The position numbers were made by a program, and so were the translations under genes. A stretch of DNA of 64,000 bases from a virus, in the IMG/VR virus record IMGVR_UViG_3300044675_005584, positions 23,686 through 87,685 of that record. One strand, written 5' to 3'. Below the pieces are notes generated by a model. The model saw nothing but the letters and a program-made list of their open reading frames with translations, had not been told where the DNA came from and did not search any database. Below are positions 9,281-19,245 of the stretch, in pieces; positions within the stretch are counted from its first letter, which is position 1; every line of letters starts with the position of its first letter.

Positions 9281-10429
9281 ATGTACTCAACCACCCTATA
9301 TCTGTACCAACAAATAACCCAGGTCCTGAGCATAGACACCGGCGCTGGTTCCACATTCACCTACAGGTATAATCCCGTGTACGCCAAAGTCCTAACCATA
9401 AACAAAGGCATCGACAATGTGTTGCTGTTTGAGTTTATCAATCAAAATGAAAAACCGGTCAATATCACTGGCAGTAGTTTTGTGTTCCGTGTGATCAACA
9501 CTGAAGGAACCACTGTATTGCTAGAAGAGCCCTTGGTTGCACTCAATGCTGCCACAGGCCGGGCCAAGGTCACTTTGTTGACCAGTCAGTTGTTGACAGT
9601 GCTTGCTCAACCAGCCTTTTATAGTATAACTAGAGCCAGTGGAAACTTGATAGAACCAGTATTTGTTGATGCCCAGTCGGGCGGTCGTGCACCTCTTAAC
9701 ATAGTGGACAGTGTGTTGCCACAGTATGTGCCCAGTGCTCCACTTACTATACCCACAGTCAAGCTCTCGGCACAAGGATCAGCAGATGGCACCAGTTTTG
9801 GAAACGCCGGCGGAGACTATTATTGGAATGGTAACCCCAACGGAGCCAACTATTTTAACAGTTTTGCTCTTACCGAATACTACAGCAGTTTTATTACACC
9901 CAGACAAGGCATTACTACCATACAAATGACCCTGGATGGCTATACAGGCACAATCAAGGCACAGGCAGCTGCTGACTACGAAAGTGTACCGTACAACGTG
10001 ACCGAAAGTACTACCTATCTCAATGAGACCAGTACCATTTATCTCAATGTGATTGGTTGGCATCCACTATTGCGAGTATGTTTCAACAACAGTATCTTTG
10101 CTGTGCCTGGTGGTCAAGGCATACCGGCACAGGCCACTGCCATCTGTGAAGACGGTGTAGTGACCAGTATCAACGTTATCAATGCTGGTAACGGTTATTT
10201 GGCTCCGCCCCGGATCAGCATTGTGGGCGAAGGTGCCGGTGCCACTGCTACTGCCACCATAGGTGGCGATGGCGAAATAGCAAGTATCACAGTGACTGAC
10301 GGCGGATCTGGTTATTGGTTTGCACCCAATGCCGGAATCAACACACCTTATTATCCGGTGCCTGCCAACAACCAAGGTGCCGCAGTGGTGATCAGCACTG
10401 GCTATGTAGTGGACCTTTTCTATAGGTAA
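9281..10429 (+). CDS. Probable virion structural protein (baseplate/tail-like)
   Basis: T/G/A-rich beta repeats (ITVTDGGSGY, INVINAGNGY); TAAATA at 9269. Confidence 0.6.
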   Translation: MYSTTLYLYQQITQVLSIDTGAGSTFTYRYNPVYAKVLTINKGIDNVLLFEFINQNEKPVNITGSSFVFRVINTEGTTVLLEEPLVALNAATGRAKVTLLTSQLLTVLAQPAFYSITRASGNLIEPVFVDAQSGGRAPLNIVDSVLPQYVPSAPLTIPTVKLSAQGSADGTSFGNAGGDYYWNGNPNGANYFNSFALTEYYSSFITPRQGITTIQMTLDGYTGTIKAQAAADYESVPYNVTESTTYLNETSTIYLNVIGWHPLLRVCFNNSIFAVPGGQGIPAQATAICEDGVVTSINVINAGNGYLAPPRISIVGEGAGATATATIGGDGEIASITVTDGGSGYWFAPNAGINTPYYPVPANNQGAAVVISTGYVVDLFYR

Positions 10430-10456
10430 ATGCAAAAAATCGTGCTATAATAAAGC

Positions 10457-11413
10457 ATGATTGATGTGATCGCTTTCTTACCTGGCAAACGCAAACAAAC
10501 CAGTAGTGGTTGGATTTCAGTAAATGCACCTTGTTGTGTACATCGTGGAGAATCAGCTGACCGACGATTGCGTGGCGGCATAAAAAATACAGATACAGGC
10601 TGGAATTGGCATTGTTTCAATTGTGGATACACCGCCAGTTTTGTACTTGGGCGCACACTCACCTTCAAGGCCCGCAAGTTATTGTCATGGTTGAATGTGC
10701 CACAAGAAGAAATTGAACGTATCAATCTTGAAAGCCTTAGACATAAAAACATCGAAGGCATACTGAACGAACGACAACAGGCTGTTCGACCAGTTGAGAT
10801 AGAATTTGAAGAATGCGATTTACCAGCCGACACTGAGGAACTGACAGACACAGCCCGAGCATATTTGACCAACCGCGGTATCATGTTAGACTATCCATAC
10901 CTGTCCAAGCGAGGAACAAGACCTGGCATTGTTGTGCCATTTACCCACGATAATCAGATAGTTGGACACACTACAAGATTTTTAGATGATAGAACACCCA
11001 AATATATCCAGGACATACAGCCAGGATATGTGTTTGGCACAGACCTACAACGTAACAATTGGCAATCAGTGATTGTTGTAGAAGGAGTATTTGATGCACT
11101 CAGCGTCAACGGTGTGGCTGTGCTACACGCAGACATAAATGATGCACAGGTCAGATTGATAAGAAGTCTTGAACGAGAAATAGTTGTTGTGCCAGATCAA
11201 GATGTACCGGGCATGCGATTGGTAGAACGTGCAGTTGAACTAGGTTGGTCAGTCAGCATGCCCGAATGGCCAGCGGGAATCAAAGATGTGAATGATGCAG
11301 TAATTTGTATGGGAAGGTTGGCCACTTTGCTAACTATAATGCGATACAAAGAAACCAGTCGAATTAAAATAGAACTAAGGAAAAAACAACTTGTTAAAAG
11401 ATTACGGACTTGA
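10457..11413 (+). CDS. DNA primase (gp61/DnaG-like)
   Basis: Zn-binding CC..H..CFNC, TOPRIM VVEGVFDA, PDQD and KDVND. Confidence 0.9.
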   Translation: MIDVIAFLPGKRKQTSSGWISVNAPCCVHRGESADRRLRGGIKNTDTGWNWHCFNCGYTASFVLGRTLTFKARKLLSWLNVPQEEIERINLESLRHKNIEGILNERQQAVRPVEIEFEECDLPADTEELTDTARAYLTNRGIMLDYPYLSKRGTRPGIVVPFTHDNQIVGHTTRFLDDRTPKYIQDIQPGYVFGTDLQRNNWQSVIVVEGVFDALSVNGVAVLHADINDAQVRLIRSLEREIVVVPDQDVPGMRLVERAVELGWSVSMPEWPAGIKDVNDAVICMGRLATLLTIMRYKETSRIKIELRKKQLVKRLRT

Positions 11414-12794
11414 TGTCCAACGCTTATTCTTAGAAATGATGTTGCAGGACGCAGAGAGTTATGTGCGTGTACAAAACATTTACAATCCAGAAAACTTTGA
11501 TCGCAGTCTAAGACCAGCAGCCGAGTTTATTGCTAAACACAGCAATGACCATAAAACTCTACCTTCTGCGGAACAGATATCTGCAACAACAGGGGTTAAA
11601 CTACAACACATTCCTGATCTCAATGCAGGACACTTTGATTGGTTCATGGAAGAGTTTGAAGCATTTACTCGACGCCAAGAACTGGAACGTGCCATCCTTA
11701 AGAGTGCAGACCTATTAGAAAAAGGTGAGTATGATCCGGTGGAAAAACTGATCAAGGATGCAGTGCAGATCAGCTTGACCAAGGACATGGGCACAGACTA
11801 CTGGGCTGATCCAAGAGCCCGAATAGACAAGTATTTTAACAGTGGCGGACAAGTTTCAACAGGCTGGCCACAGATGGATCGTATCTTGTATGGCGGATTC
11901 AGTCGCGGAGAACTTAATATTTTTGCTGGTGGATCTGGATCGGGCAAGAGTCTTGTCATGATGAATATAGCATTGAGTTGGCTACAGGCCGGTCTAAGTG
12001 GTGTGTATATCAGTCTAGAATTAAGCGAAGAACTTTGTGCGTTGAGAACTGATGCCATGTTGGCTGGAATGAGCACAAAAGAAATACGCAAAGACATCGA
12101 CCAAACAGAACTTAAAGTTAAATTGGTTAGTAAGAAAGCTGGACAGTATAGAATCAAGGCCATACCAGCGCAGAGCAACATCAACGACATCCGTAGTTAT
12201 ATCAAAGAAGTGCAGGTACAGACCGGAATTCGAGTAGACTTTGTGATGTGTGATTACCTAGATTTATTAATGCCGGTCAGTGCCAAGGTAAGCCCAAATG
12301 ACCTGTTTGTCAAAGACAAGTATGTGAGTGAAGAACTACGAAACTTGGCCAAGGAACTCAATGTGTTGTTTGTGACTGCGTCGCAGTTGAATCGTAGTGC
12401 AGTAGAAGAAGTTGAGTTTGATCATAGTCATATTAGTGGCGGTATCAGCAAGATTAATACTGCGGACAATGTGTTTGGTATTTTTACAAGCAGAGCTATG
12501 AAAGAGCGTGGCAAGTACCAGATACAATGCATGAAGTCAAGAAGCAGTACTGGTGTGGGCATGAAGATTGATCTAGACTACAATATTGAAACCATGCGGA
12601 TTACCGACCCAGGCGATGATGAGCAGACCAGTAGTGGGTTTAAAAAGCCCAACATCTACGAAAGCATCAAGGCACAAAGCAGAGTTACTCCGACAGAAAC
12701 TGTAGATCAGACTACTGGTGAAATCAGCAAGATTAATGCTGATGTGCAAAATGCCAAACTAAAACAATTACTAGGACAGATTAAAACCGGCTGA
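11391..12794 (+). CDS. Replicative DnaB/gp41-like helicase
   Basis: GGSGSGKS, ISLELSE, DYLDL, ASQLNR, KSR. Confidence 0.92.
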   Translation: MLKDYGLDVQRLFLEMMLQDAESYVRVQNIYNPENFDRSLRPAAEFIAKHSNDHKTLPSAEQISATTGVKLQHIPDLNAGHFDWFMEEFEAFTRRQELERAILKSADLLEKGEYDPVEKLIKDAVQISLTKDMGTDYWADPRARIDKYFNSGGQVSTGWPQMDRILYGGFSRGELNIFAGGSGSGKSLVMMNIALSWLQAGLSGVYISLELSEELCALRTDAMLAGMSTKEIRKDIDQTELKVKLVSKKAGQYRIKAIPAQSNINDIRSYIKEVQVQTGIRVDFVMCDYLDLLMPVSAKVSPNDLFVKDKYVSEELRNLAKELNVLFVTASQLNRSAVEEVEFDHSHISGGISKINTADNVFGIFTSRAMKERGKYQIQCMKSRSSTGVGMKIDLDYNIETMRITDPGDDEQTSSGFKKPNIYESIKAQSRVTPTETVDQTTGEISKINADVQNAKLKQLLGQIKTG

Positions 12795-12848
12795 TTCAGG
12801 ACCAATTAGTTTAAAAACCCACTAAATAATACAAAGGTCCTGACCCGT

Positions 12849-13097
12849 ATGCAAAAGAAAACCCGTAGTATTCTCGAAGAATTAGAAACCTTGTACGCCG
12901 AGCGTGATCAGCGTCATGTGATCGAAAATCGTGCCGCAAACATCATTGCCAGTGCCATACGCCTGCTTGAGCAAATAGATAGTAGTTACACAGCTGAACA
13001 GGCTGAAAACCTACAGCGCAAGTTGATCAATGCTATCAAACTGAGAGATCCTGCTAAATTTACAAGAACAGTGAGACGTACTGATGCAAATACATGA
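12849..13097 (+). CDS. Hypothetical late protein
   Basis: 82-aa ORF; TAAATA at 12823 inside an RBS-covering inverted repeat. Confidence 0.7.
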   Translation: MQKKTRSILEELETLYAERDQRHVIENRAANIIASAIRLLEQIDSSYTAEQAENLQRKLINAIKLRDPAKFTRTVRRTDANT

Positions 13098-13899
13098 ACT
13101 AACACAGCCCAAAAAATCTAAATTGGATGAAGTTGATTTTGTTGGTCCTGACAGTGTGTTTGCACAGGCCAAATCTGCTATACAGACCCGCGGCCGATCA
13201 CTAATCGATCCACAAGCAGCCAAGGATGCTCAACAAGCCAGATACCAGGCTGATATTGCAAACAGCCTGGCACAAGGTAAAGCAGCTGGACTTGATAAAA
13301 AGCCCACTCTGAATTCAGCATTGATTAAATTAAAAGCAAATCCTGCAGCCACGCAGTATGTTGCTGGAATAGTGGCCAAGTGGCCCAGTGTAAGTAGCAT
13401 GGGTGGCACGTTAACACAAACAACCACTGGTCAGATAAACAAAGCCAATCCAAATAATCCCAATGTTGAGTTGGATTATTATAAGCGCAATCCACCAAAG
13501 ACTCAACCGGCTCAGCCTGCTCCAACTACTCCTGTTGCAGGCACACCAGCAACAGCACCCGTCGCTGATAAAGCAGCAAAGAATAAAGCAGATGCTGCTC
13601 AACGCAATGCTGACATAGAAAAAACAAAACAAGCAAATGCCGTAAAAAATCAACAAGATGCTGCTATCAAAGCAGCCGCTGACGCAGCCAAGGCCAAACC
13701 TGGATTTCAACAAACAGCCGCTGACAAACTAGCTATCAAATCCGCTAACACTAGAGGTATACGTGAAGATAACGCACAGGCATTTCAAGACACGACACAG
13801 AAACTTGGTCAAACATTCAAAGATGGAGAACGTGTATTGAATCCAAACGATGAACAGGTCAAGGCAAAAATTAAAGCCTGGATCGATAGCCAACTATAA
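13084..13899 (+). CDS. Probable internal head protein, Ala/Lys/Gln-rich (may be frameshifted into the next ORF)
   Basis: MQIHELT start; low-complexity linker; overlaps the next ORF in the +1 frame. Confidence 0.6.
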   Translation: MQIHELTQPKKSKLDEVDFVGPDSVFAQAKSAIQTRGRSLIDPQAAKDAQQARYQADIANSLAQGKAAGLDKKPTLNSALIKLKANPAATQYVAGIVAKWPSVSSMGGTLTQTTTGQINKANPNNPNVELDYYKRNPPKTQPAQPAPTTPVAGTPATAPVADKAAKNKADAAQRNADIEKTKQANAVKNQQDAAIKAAADAAKAKPGFQQTAADKLAIKSANTRGIREDNAQAFQDTTQKLGQTFKDGERVLNPNDEQVKAKIKAWIDSQL

Positions 13900-14260
13900 G
13901 GCTGAACAGGATGGGCTTGAAGGACTAAAAGGATTTGGCGAACAAATAGGAATCTATCTAGATAGCATGGTCCAAGATCACAACAACATACCTGCACAAC
14001 AAAAAACTCTAGAAAGTCTTGTGTCCTTGGTTGTGGCTGCCAACCACTTGGTTGATTTTGAACGGCGTATAGGAGCCGGAAACAATTTACGCTATCAGGC
14101 TCGGCAAGGTACACAGGCTCAACCGGTCCAGACTGGATTGACCCCTGCTCAATTACAGAAGCTAAATGCTCAGGCTGCACAAGCTGGTGGGCCCGATCCC
14201 CAAAAAACTGGAAACGACTTCTGGGACAATCTAATAATACAAGCACTAGGATCAAGATAA
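13850..14260 (+). CDS. Hypothetical protein or C-terminal continuation of the 13084 ORF
   Basis: No SD before ATG 13850; stop is coupled to the ATG at 14260. Confidence 0.45.
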   Translation: MNRSRQKLKPGSIANYKAEQDGLEGLKGFGEQIGIYLDSMVQDHNNIPAQQKTLESLVSLVVAANHLVDFERRIGAGNNLRYQARQGTQAQPVQTGLTPAQLQKLNAQAAQAGGPDPQKTGNDFWDNLIIQALGSR

Positions 14261-16185
14261 TGAAGATTTTTGAAGGTGGCAACGTATTCAAAGATGCCGA
14301 CGGTCGTGCGCTCACACAACGCATCAATCAGGCCGATGTCAAACCTACTCTGGCCTGGCTAGAACAACTGGTTCCTGGCCTGGATCTACTGAACAACACA
14401 CTGGGCAGTACTGGTATCAAGGACACATCGGGTGATCTAGATATCGCCGTGGATGCCAATAAAGTTACCAAAGAACAACTGCAACAAAGACTGGAGCAAT
14501 GGGCTATCAGCCACGGCTTCAAACCACAAGAATGGGTCAGGAAGTCGGGCACAGCGGTGCATTTCAAAACACCCATCACAGGCAGACCCGACCGCGGCTA
14601 TGTGCAAACTGATTTTATGTTGATGAACAATGTGCCATGGTCCAAGTTTGTGCTAGGTGCCATGCCAGTAGACAGCCAGTTCAAAGGCCGTGAGCGTAAT
14701 GTGTTAATGAACAGTCTGGCCAAAAGTATGGGTTACAAACTGAATCAAATAGCTGGTATAGCCGATCGTGACACAAACAAAATAATCACTGACGATCCTG
14801 ATCGAGTGGCCAAATTGCTCCTGAACAAAACTGCCACACGCCAAGACTTGGCCAGTGTAGAAAGCATAGTACAGGCATTGAGCCGAGACCCCCAACGTGA
14901 TGCCAAGTTGGCTGACTTTCGGGCACACCTGGAACGTGAAGGCATTCCATTCATGGAAAGTGCCGTGGTCAATCCTTATCAAGCGTACGACGAAGTAAAC
15001 TTCCTGGCTAGACTACGAGATCGTATAGTCAATCAAGGCATGCAGATCATTGTAGAAGCCGAAGTACAAGGAGGACGTGCCAAGGGCATTGAACATCTAG
15101 AAGACTATGTGTTCCGTAACGGTAGTGCAGGTATTAAAAAAGCCATGGACATAGTAAAGAACACGGCAGAGAACACTGGTGCCACTACCACAGTCAAGTG
15201 GGATGGCAAACCAGCATTAGTATTTGGTCGTGATCCAGCAGGAACTTTTGTCTTGACTGATGTGTCTGGGTTTACAGCCAAAGGCTACAATGGCCTGTTT
15301 ACCAGTCCACGTCAAGCAATTGGATTGTTAGCACAGCGCGATCAAGATGCAGCCGCCAAAGGCAAGCCAGCTGGGCGTGTGGAATATCTTGGTCCCATAT
15401 ATGAAAAATTATGGCCTTTATTAAGTGCCGCATTACCCAAAACATTCCGTGGCTATGTACAAGGTGATTTGTTATACACCGACCGGCCCCCTGAGGATGC
15501 TGGCAATTTTGTGTTTACTCCTAATGCTATTACCTATAGGATCCCTATTGCCAGCGACGTAGGACAACGTATAGGCAATAGTGAAGTTGGCATCGCCATG
15601 CATACCCGGTACGATGAACCTGGTTCGCCAAAAGAACCAATCGGTAATGTTGATTTCAAACGTGTTCCAGGACTGTTGTTACTAGAACCTGTGTATGCCA
15701 AAGAAAATGTACGACCAAATAGAAACTTGGTACAAGCTCTTAGAGACGTATACAAAACATCAGGATCGGCCATAGATGGCCTATTCAATCCAACAGAACT
15801 ACGAGCCTTGCAAATCACTGACTTGCCTAAACTGTGCATTGATTATATCAACAGTAGGGTTGGTGCTGACTTTGATAACTTGATCGCCGGCTTTGGACCT
15901 TGGCTACAAAGCACACAAAGTCCAAGAAAGTTTGCCAACATTGTAGAATATCTACAAAGTCCACGTAGCAATCTAGAAGGCATGGCCGCGGCATTTGAAG
16001 CCTGGGCCTTGCTACACGACATCAAGATGGACATATTACGCCAGCTGGATCTACAACATCCAGGACAAGAAGGCTGGGTAATGGCCACAGCAGGTGGCAT
16101 GGCCAAGGCTGTGAACCGACTGGCAGGTGGATTCACCAGCGCCAACCGTGCCATAAACAATCCAGATCAACTGCCTACACCGTGA
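14260..16185 (+). CDS. Fusion of a Pol-beta-type nucleotidyltransferase and an ATP-dependent ligase-like (KxDG) domain
   Basis: LGSTG...SGDLDIAVD...QTDF in the N-half; HLED...TVKWDG...QGDLLY...EGWV in the C-half. Confidence 0.65.
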   Translation: MKIFEGGNVFKDADGRALTQRINQADVKPTLAWLEQLVPGLDLLNNTLGSTGIKDTSGDLDIAVDANKVTKEQLQQRLEQWAISHGFKPQEWVRKSGTAVHFKTPITGRPDRGYVQTDFMLMNNVPWSKFVLGAMPVDSQFKGRERNVLMNSLAKSMGYKLNQIAGIADRDTNKIITDDPDRVAKLLLNKTATRQDLASVESIVQALSRDPQRDAKLADFRAHLEREGIPFMESAVVNPYQAYDEVNFLARLRDRIVNQGMQIIVEAEVQGGRAKGIEHLEDYVFRNGSAGIKKAMDIVKNTAENTGATTTVKWDGKPALVFGRDPAGTFVLTDVSGFTAKGYNGLFTSPRQAIGLLAQRDQDAAAKGKPAGRVEYLGPIYEKLWPLLSAALPKTFRGYVQGDLLYTDRPPEDAGNFVFTPNAITYRIPIASDVGQRIGNSEVGIAMHTRYDEPGSPKEPIGNVDFKRVPGLLLLEPVYAKENVRPNRNLVQALRDVYKTSGSAIDGLFNPTELRALQITDLPKLCIDYINSRVGADFDNLIAGFGPWLQSTQSPRKFANIVEYLQSPRSNLEGMAAAFEAWALLHDIKMDILRQLDLQHPGQEGWVMATAGGMAKAVNRLAGGFTSANRAINNPDQLPTP

Positions 16186-16247
16186 TTTTCTCTCCAGATC
16201 ATAAATAATAGTAGGACCTTAGAGTCCATACATAAAGGAGATTCAAA

Positions 16248-16676
16248 ATGGCATTCATAACCGTAGTTTCCGGTGGCGCACAACCGGTATTCGCAACAGA
16301 CGTACTCAATGGTAATCCAGCACAAACAGCCAACATGGCTAACGCTGCAGTTACCAACTTCCAAGGTCCTAAATTAGACTTTTTTGCTTTGGTAGCTAAC
16401 ACAGCTTTAACTGGCACAGTTGGTAATGCAGGTGGATACGTTAGTAACGTTCTACAAGCAATCCAGCAAACAGCTACAGTAGCTATGTATCAAATTAGTG
16501 GTGCACAAAATGCAACCATCAACTTGGCAGTGTATCCAGTTGCTGCTTACACAACCTCAACTTTGGTTGCTGCTGCTCAAACAGCCAATGCAAGTGGTGG
16601 TGTAAACATTGGTATTCCAACTGCTAACGTAAGCGCAACTGCAAGCTTCATCACTCAAGGTACATTCTACGTTTAA
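16248..16676 (+). CDS. Probable abundant virion structural protein
   Basis: A/T/N-rich with almost no charged residues; own TAAATA (16202), strong SD and terminator. Confidence 0.65.
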   Translation: MAFITVVSGGAQPVFATDVLNGNPAQTANMANAAVTNFQGPKLDFFALVANTALTGTVGNAGGYVSNVLQAIQQTATVAMYQISGAQNATINLAVYPVAAYTTSTLVAAAQTANASGGVNIGIPTANVSATASFITQGTFYV

Positions 16677-16708
16677 TTGAGTTGATAGCACGACTTTCGT
16701 CGTTGATC

Positions 16709-16740
16709 AACCCCAGATTAAAAACCTGGGGTTTTTCTTT
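16709..16740 (+). terminator. Rho-independent terminator
   Basis: AACCCCAG...CTGGGGTT followed by T-rich tail. Confidence 0.8.
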
Positions 16741-16776
16741 GGCATTAAATATACACTCGATGCTACACACTAATCA

Positions 16777-17196
16777 ATGAGATTCTCCTGCACCACTTTG
16801 TTTGATATCACTGCCACCGGCGTCACTGGACACTTTAAATCGTCGCGAATACCTTTTGAAGATCGTGCTGGCAATACCATACTGGATGTTGCAGATTGGA
16901 ATAGATCCAGGAACCAACAACGCAACTGGGAAACAGTAAATCAAATTATTGGCATGCGAACACAGGTCGATTCGACCATGCCGCAACGCCAAGGTTCCAG
17001 TTGGAGTTTTGAATTTGAAACAGAAACTCCTGGAGCATATGGCACTGATACTGATCCTGTGGCAGTATTGTACAGCGATGCAGCGGGTGTTCCCATGCTG
17101 ACTGATCTGGATAACCGTCAAGACTTGGCATCAGTACTGGTAACGTCTGGACCCGAACAAAACATCTGGTTCAGTCCAATCACGGTAAATAAGTGA
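16777..17196 (+). CDS. Hypothetical late protein
   Basis: 139-aa ORF; TAAATA at 16746. Confidence 0.7.
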   Translation: MRFSCTTLFDITATGVTGHFKSSRIPFEDRAGNTILDVADWNRSRNQQRNWETVNQIIGMRTQVDSTMPQRQGSSWSFEFETETPGAYGTDTDPVAVLYSDAAGVPMLTDLDNRQDLASVLVTSGPEQNIWFSPITVNK

Positions 17197-17210
17197 ACTA
17201 GGAAAAAGCC

Positions 17211-17474
17211 ATGAGTGGAACCACAGAAATTGAAAAAAAGAGCCTGGAAGCACATGTTGAATTGTGTGCCGAAAGATACAATGCCTTGGAAGACCGCATA
17301 GACAATGTGGATAGCAAAATCTCCAGTCTGGCTACCGTGGTCCGCGAAGTGCATGACATGATACAACACATGGGCAACAAGCAAACAGATCGGTTGATTG
17401 CCTGGGGAATTGGTATTATTGGTTCATTAGTGGCCACTATTGCCTGGTTGGTAGCACACTACGTTATTAAATGA
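17211..17474 (+). CDS. Coiled-coil protein with C-terminal TM helix (XhlA/holin-like architecture)
   Basis: Heptad region followed by hydrophobic LIAWGIGIIGSLVATIAWLVA; TAAATA at 17186. Confidence 0.55.
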   Translation: MSGTTEIEKKSLEAHVELCAERYNALEDRIDNVDSKISSLATVVREVHDMIQHMGNKQTDRLIAWGIGIIGSLVATIAWLVAHYVIK

Positions 17475-17965
17475 ATACAGAACAAGAATTTGACCGGATT
17501 TTCCGACAGGAATTCCGAGGCCTGATGGACCAGATGATTTTCCAAAATGACAATGGTGAATACGAAGCATTTGGCCGTTACGTTATACAACCAGGACCCA
17601 CAGGATACAGGGTATCTTGCGCCGCAACTGATGTGGGTGTGTTTACCAATACTCGTCATGCACTAAGTTGGTGTATAGCCGACAAAAATCAATCATACGC
17701 ATTGGCACGAGATCTATTCAATCTAGATCAAAAATTAGGATATATCACCGACGACATAGCCGTAAGAGCCGCTATTGGCGACCGTAGCACCCGACCGCAG
17801 TTCCGTGAAGATATCGAAATCAAGCTGGAAGGTAAGATAATACTGAAAAAACAACTTGAACTGGCGTTGGCCAAATGTGTCAATCAGGCTAAATATTATC
17901 AACAACGAGGATTAGACAATGAAACTGCAAGAACTGGCCGCAAGCCCAACAAAACAAGCCGCTAA
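17471..17965 (+). CDS. Hypothetical protein
   Basis: 164-aa ORF overlapping both neighbours. Confidence 0.65.
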   Translation: MNTEQEFDRIFRQEFRGLMDQMIFQNDNGEYEAFGRYVIQPGPTGYRVSCAATDVGVFTNTRHALSWCIADKNQSYALARDLFNLDQKLGYITDDIAVRAAIGDRSTRPQFREDIEIKLEGKIILKKQLELALAKCVNQAKYYQQRGLDNETARTGRKPNKTSR

Positions 17966-18842
17966 GGTATTTGAAAGTTATTTTGGTGGTCGTATACGCC
18001 TGAATACCATCAGTCGTCGACAAACTCGCGATTTGCTTGGCCGTGTACGTGGCCTAGTAAAAGAGCATCGCAAGACTCCAGAATTTCATCAGAGTGAAAA
18101 GAATCCCACCTATTTAAAATTGATCATGCTTGAGCAAGTGTTGACCAAGAAGATGCACGAAGAGATTGCTGGTGGAGCCACAGTGCCCATGGGTCAGCCC
18201 ACTAACGGAACTCCTAGCACTACCCCTACTACCAATCCTGCACAAGCCGAACAGGCACGCAAAAAAGCATTGACTGATCAAATTGCAGCCACTACCAAAC
18301 AGATAGAAGAATTAAACAAGCGTAAAACTCAGTTGTCACAGGCCATGAACAATCCTGCAGCCATGGCGGCCATGGAAAATCGCAAGCACAATCGTTTATA
18401 TCGTCGCCTACAAGAAAGTGAAATTCAGCAGGCACAGGTAGTATTGGCCGCCCAGGACATGGTTGACCGTGTTCAAAAGATGTTGGAAGATGTGACCAGC
18501 ATGCAGTTCAAAGATTTACCTGCATTAGCTGATCAAGTCAAAAATGAAGTTGGTGTTGAACAGTCTGCACAATTCAACGCTGATGCCACTGCCGCATTGG
18601 GTGGGCTGGTACAAAATTTACAGGCCAGCAAACAACAACTAGAACAGGCTCTTGGTGTAGTAACTGGCCAAGGCAGTGGTGCCCCTCCAGCCATGGATGC
18701 ACTGGCTGGCGCAGAATTACCAGACGATGGTCAAATGCCTGCTCCAGATTCTGACAATGACACAGCTGATCTTGAGGCCGATCTTGACATTGATGCCAAC
18801 CTAGAAACACCCCCAGCAGCGTTGGGTCGTGGTCGTAGATAA
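17919..18842 (+). CDS. Probable prohead core/scaffold-like protein
   Basis: MKLQEL start, coiled coils, acidic tail ending LGRGRR; TAAATA at 17890. Confidence 0.5.
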   Translation: MKLQELAASPTKQAAKVFESYFGGRIRLNTISRRQTRDLLGRVRGLVKEHRKTPEFHQSEKNPTYLKLIMLEQVLTKKMHEEIAGGATVPMGQPTNGTPSTTPTTNPAQAEQARKKALTDQIAATTKQIEELNKRKTQLSQAMNNPAAMAAMENRKHNRLYRRLQESEIQQAQVVLAAQDMVDRVQKMLEDVTSMQFKDLPALADQVKNEVGVEQSAQFNADATAALGGLVQNLQASKQQLEQALGVVTGQGSGAPPAMDALAGAELPDDGQMPAPDSDNDTADLEADLDIDANLETPPAALGRGRR

Positions 18843-19186
18843 TGCGTTTCCGTGAAATTTGTGAGTCTGCTGATGCCAGCACACAAAAATTATTGGCCTT
18901 GAGTCAATTTTTATCTGGTCGGGCCGATGATGAAAATGCTCGAAAAGAAATCAGCACAGAAGCATTTATGCAAGCGGCAAACAGTCTTGGCATTGAAGTA
19001 AATCCACAAAACTTGCCTGAATATATTGCCAAAAACCCGCTCAAAGATATTCTTGAACCGTTTGATCCAAACAGTGGTGTGATCAGATTCCGTGGCAATA
19101 CCAACGGTGACACAGGCATGCCAGTTGATCAAGCCAGAGCTATTGTAGACAAAAACGCCAAAGCAGCCTTGAACCGCCGCACCTAA
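18842..19186 (+). CDS. Hypothetical protein (probable head-associated)
   Basis: MRFREI start; translationally coupled to the upstream gene. Confidence 0.65.
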   Translation: MRFREICESADASTQKLLALSQFLSGRADDENARKEISTEAFMQAANSLGIEVNPQNLPEYIAKNPLKDILEPFDPNSGVIRFRGNTNGDTGMPVDQARAIVDKNAKAALNRRT

Positions 19187-19190
19187 TCCA

Positions 19191-19219
19191 TTGACTTTGT
19201 GTCATAAGTATCATATACT
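19191..19219 (+). promoter_or_regulatory. sigma70-type promoter for iscU-iscA
   Basis: TTGACT-N17-TATACT. Confidence 0.65.
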
Positions 19220-19245
19220 TGTAAAAAATACTATAGGAAACTGAC

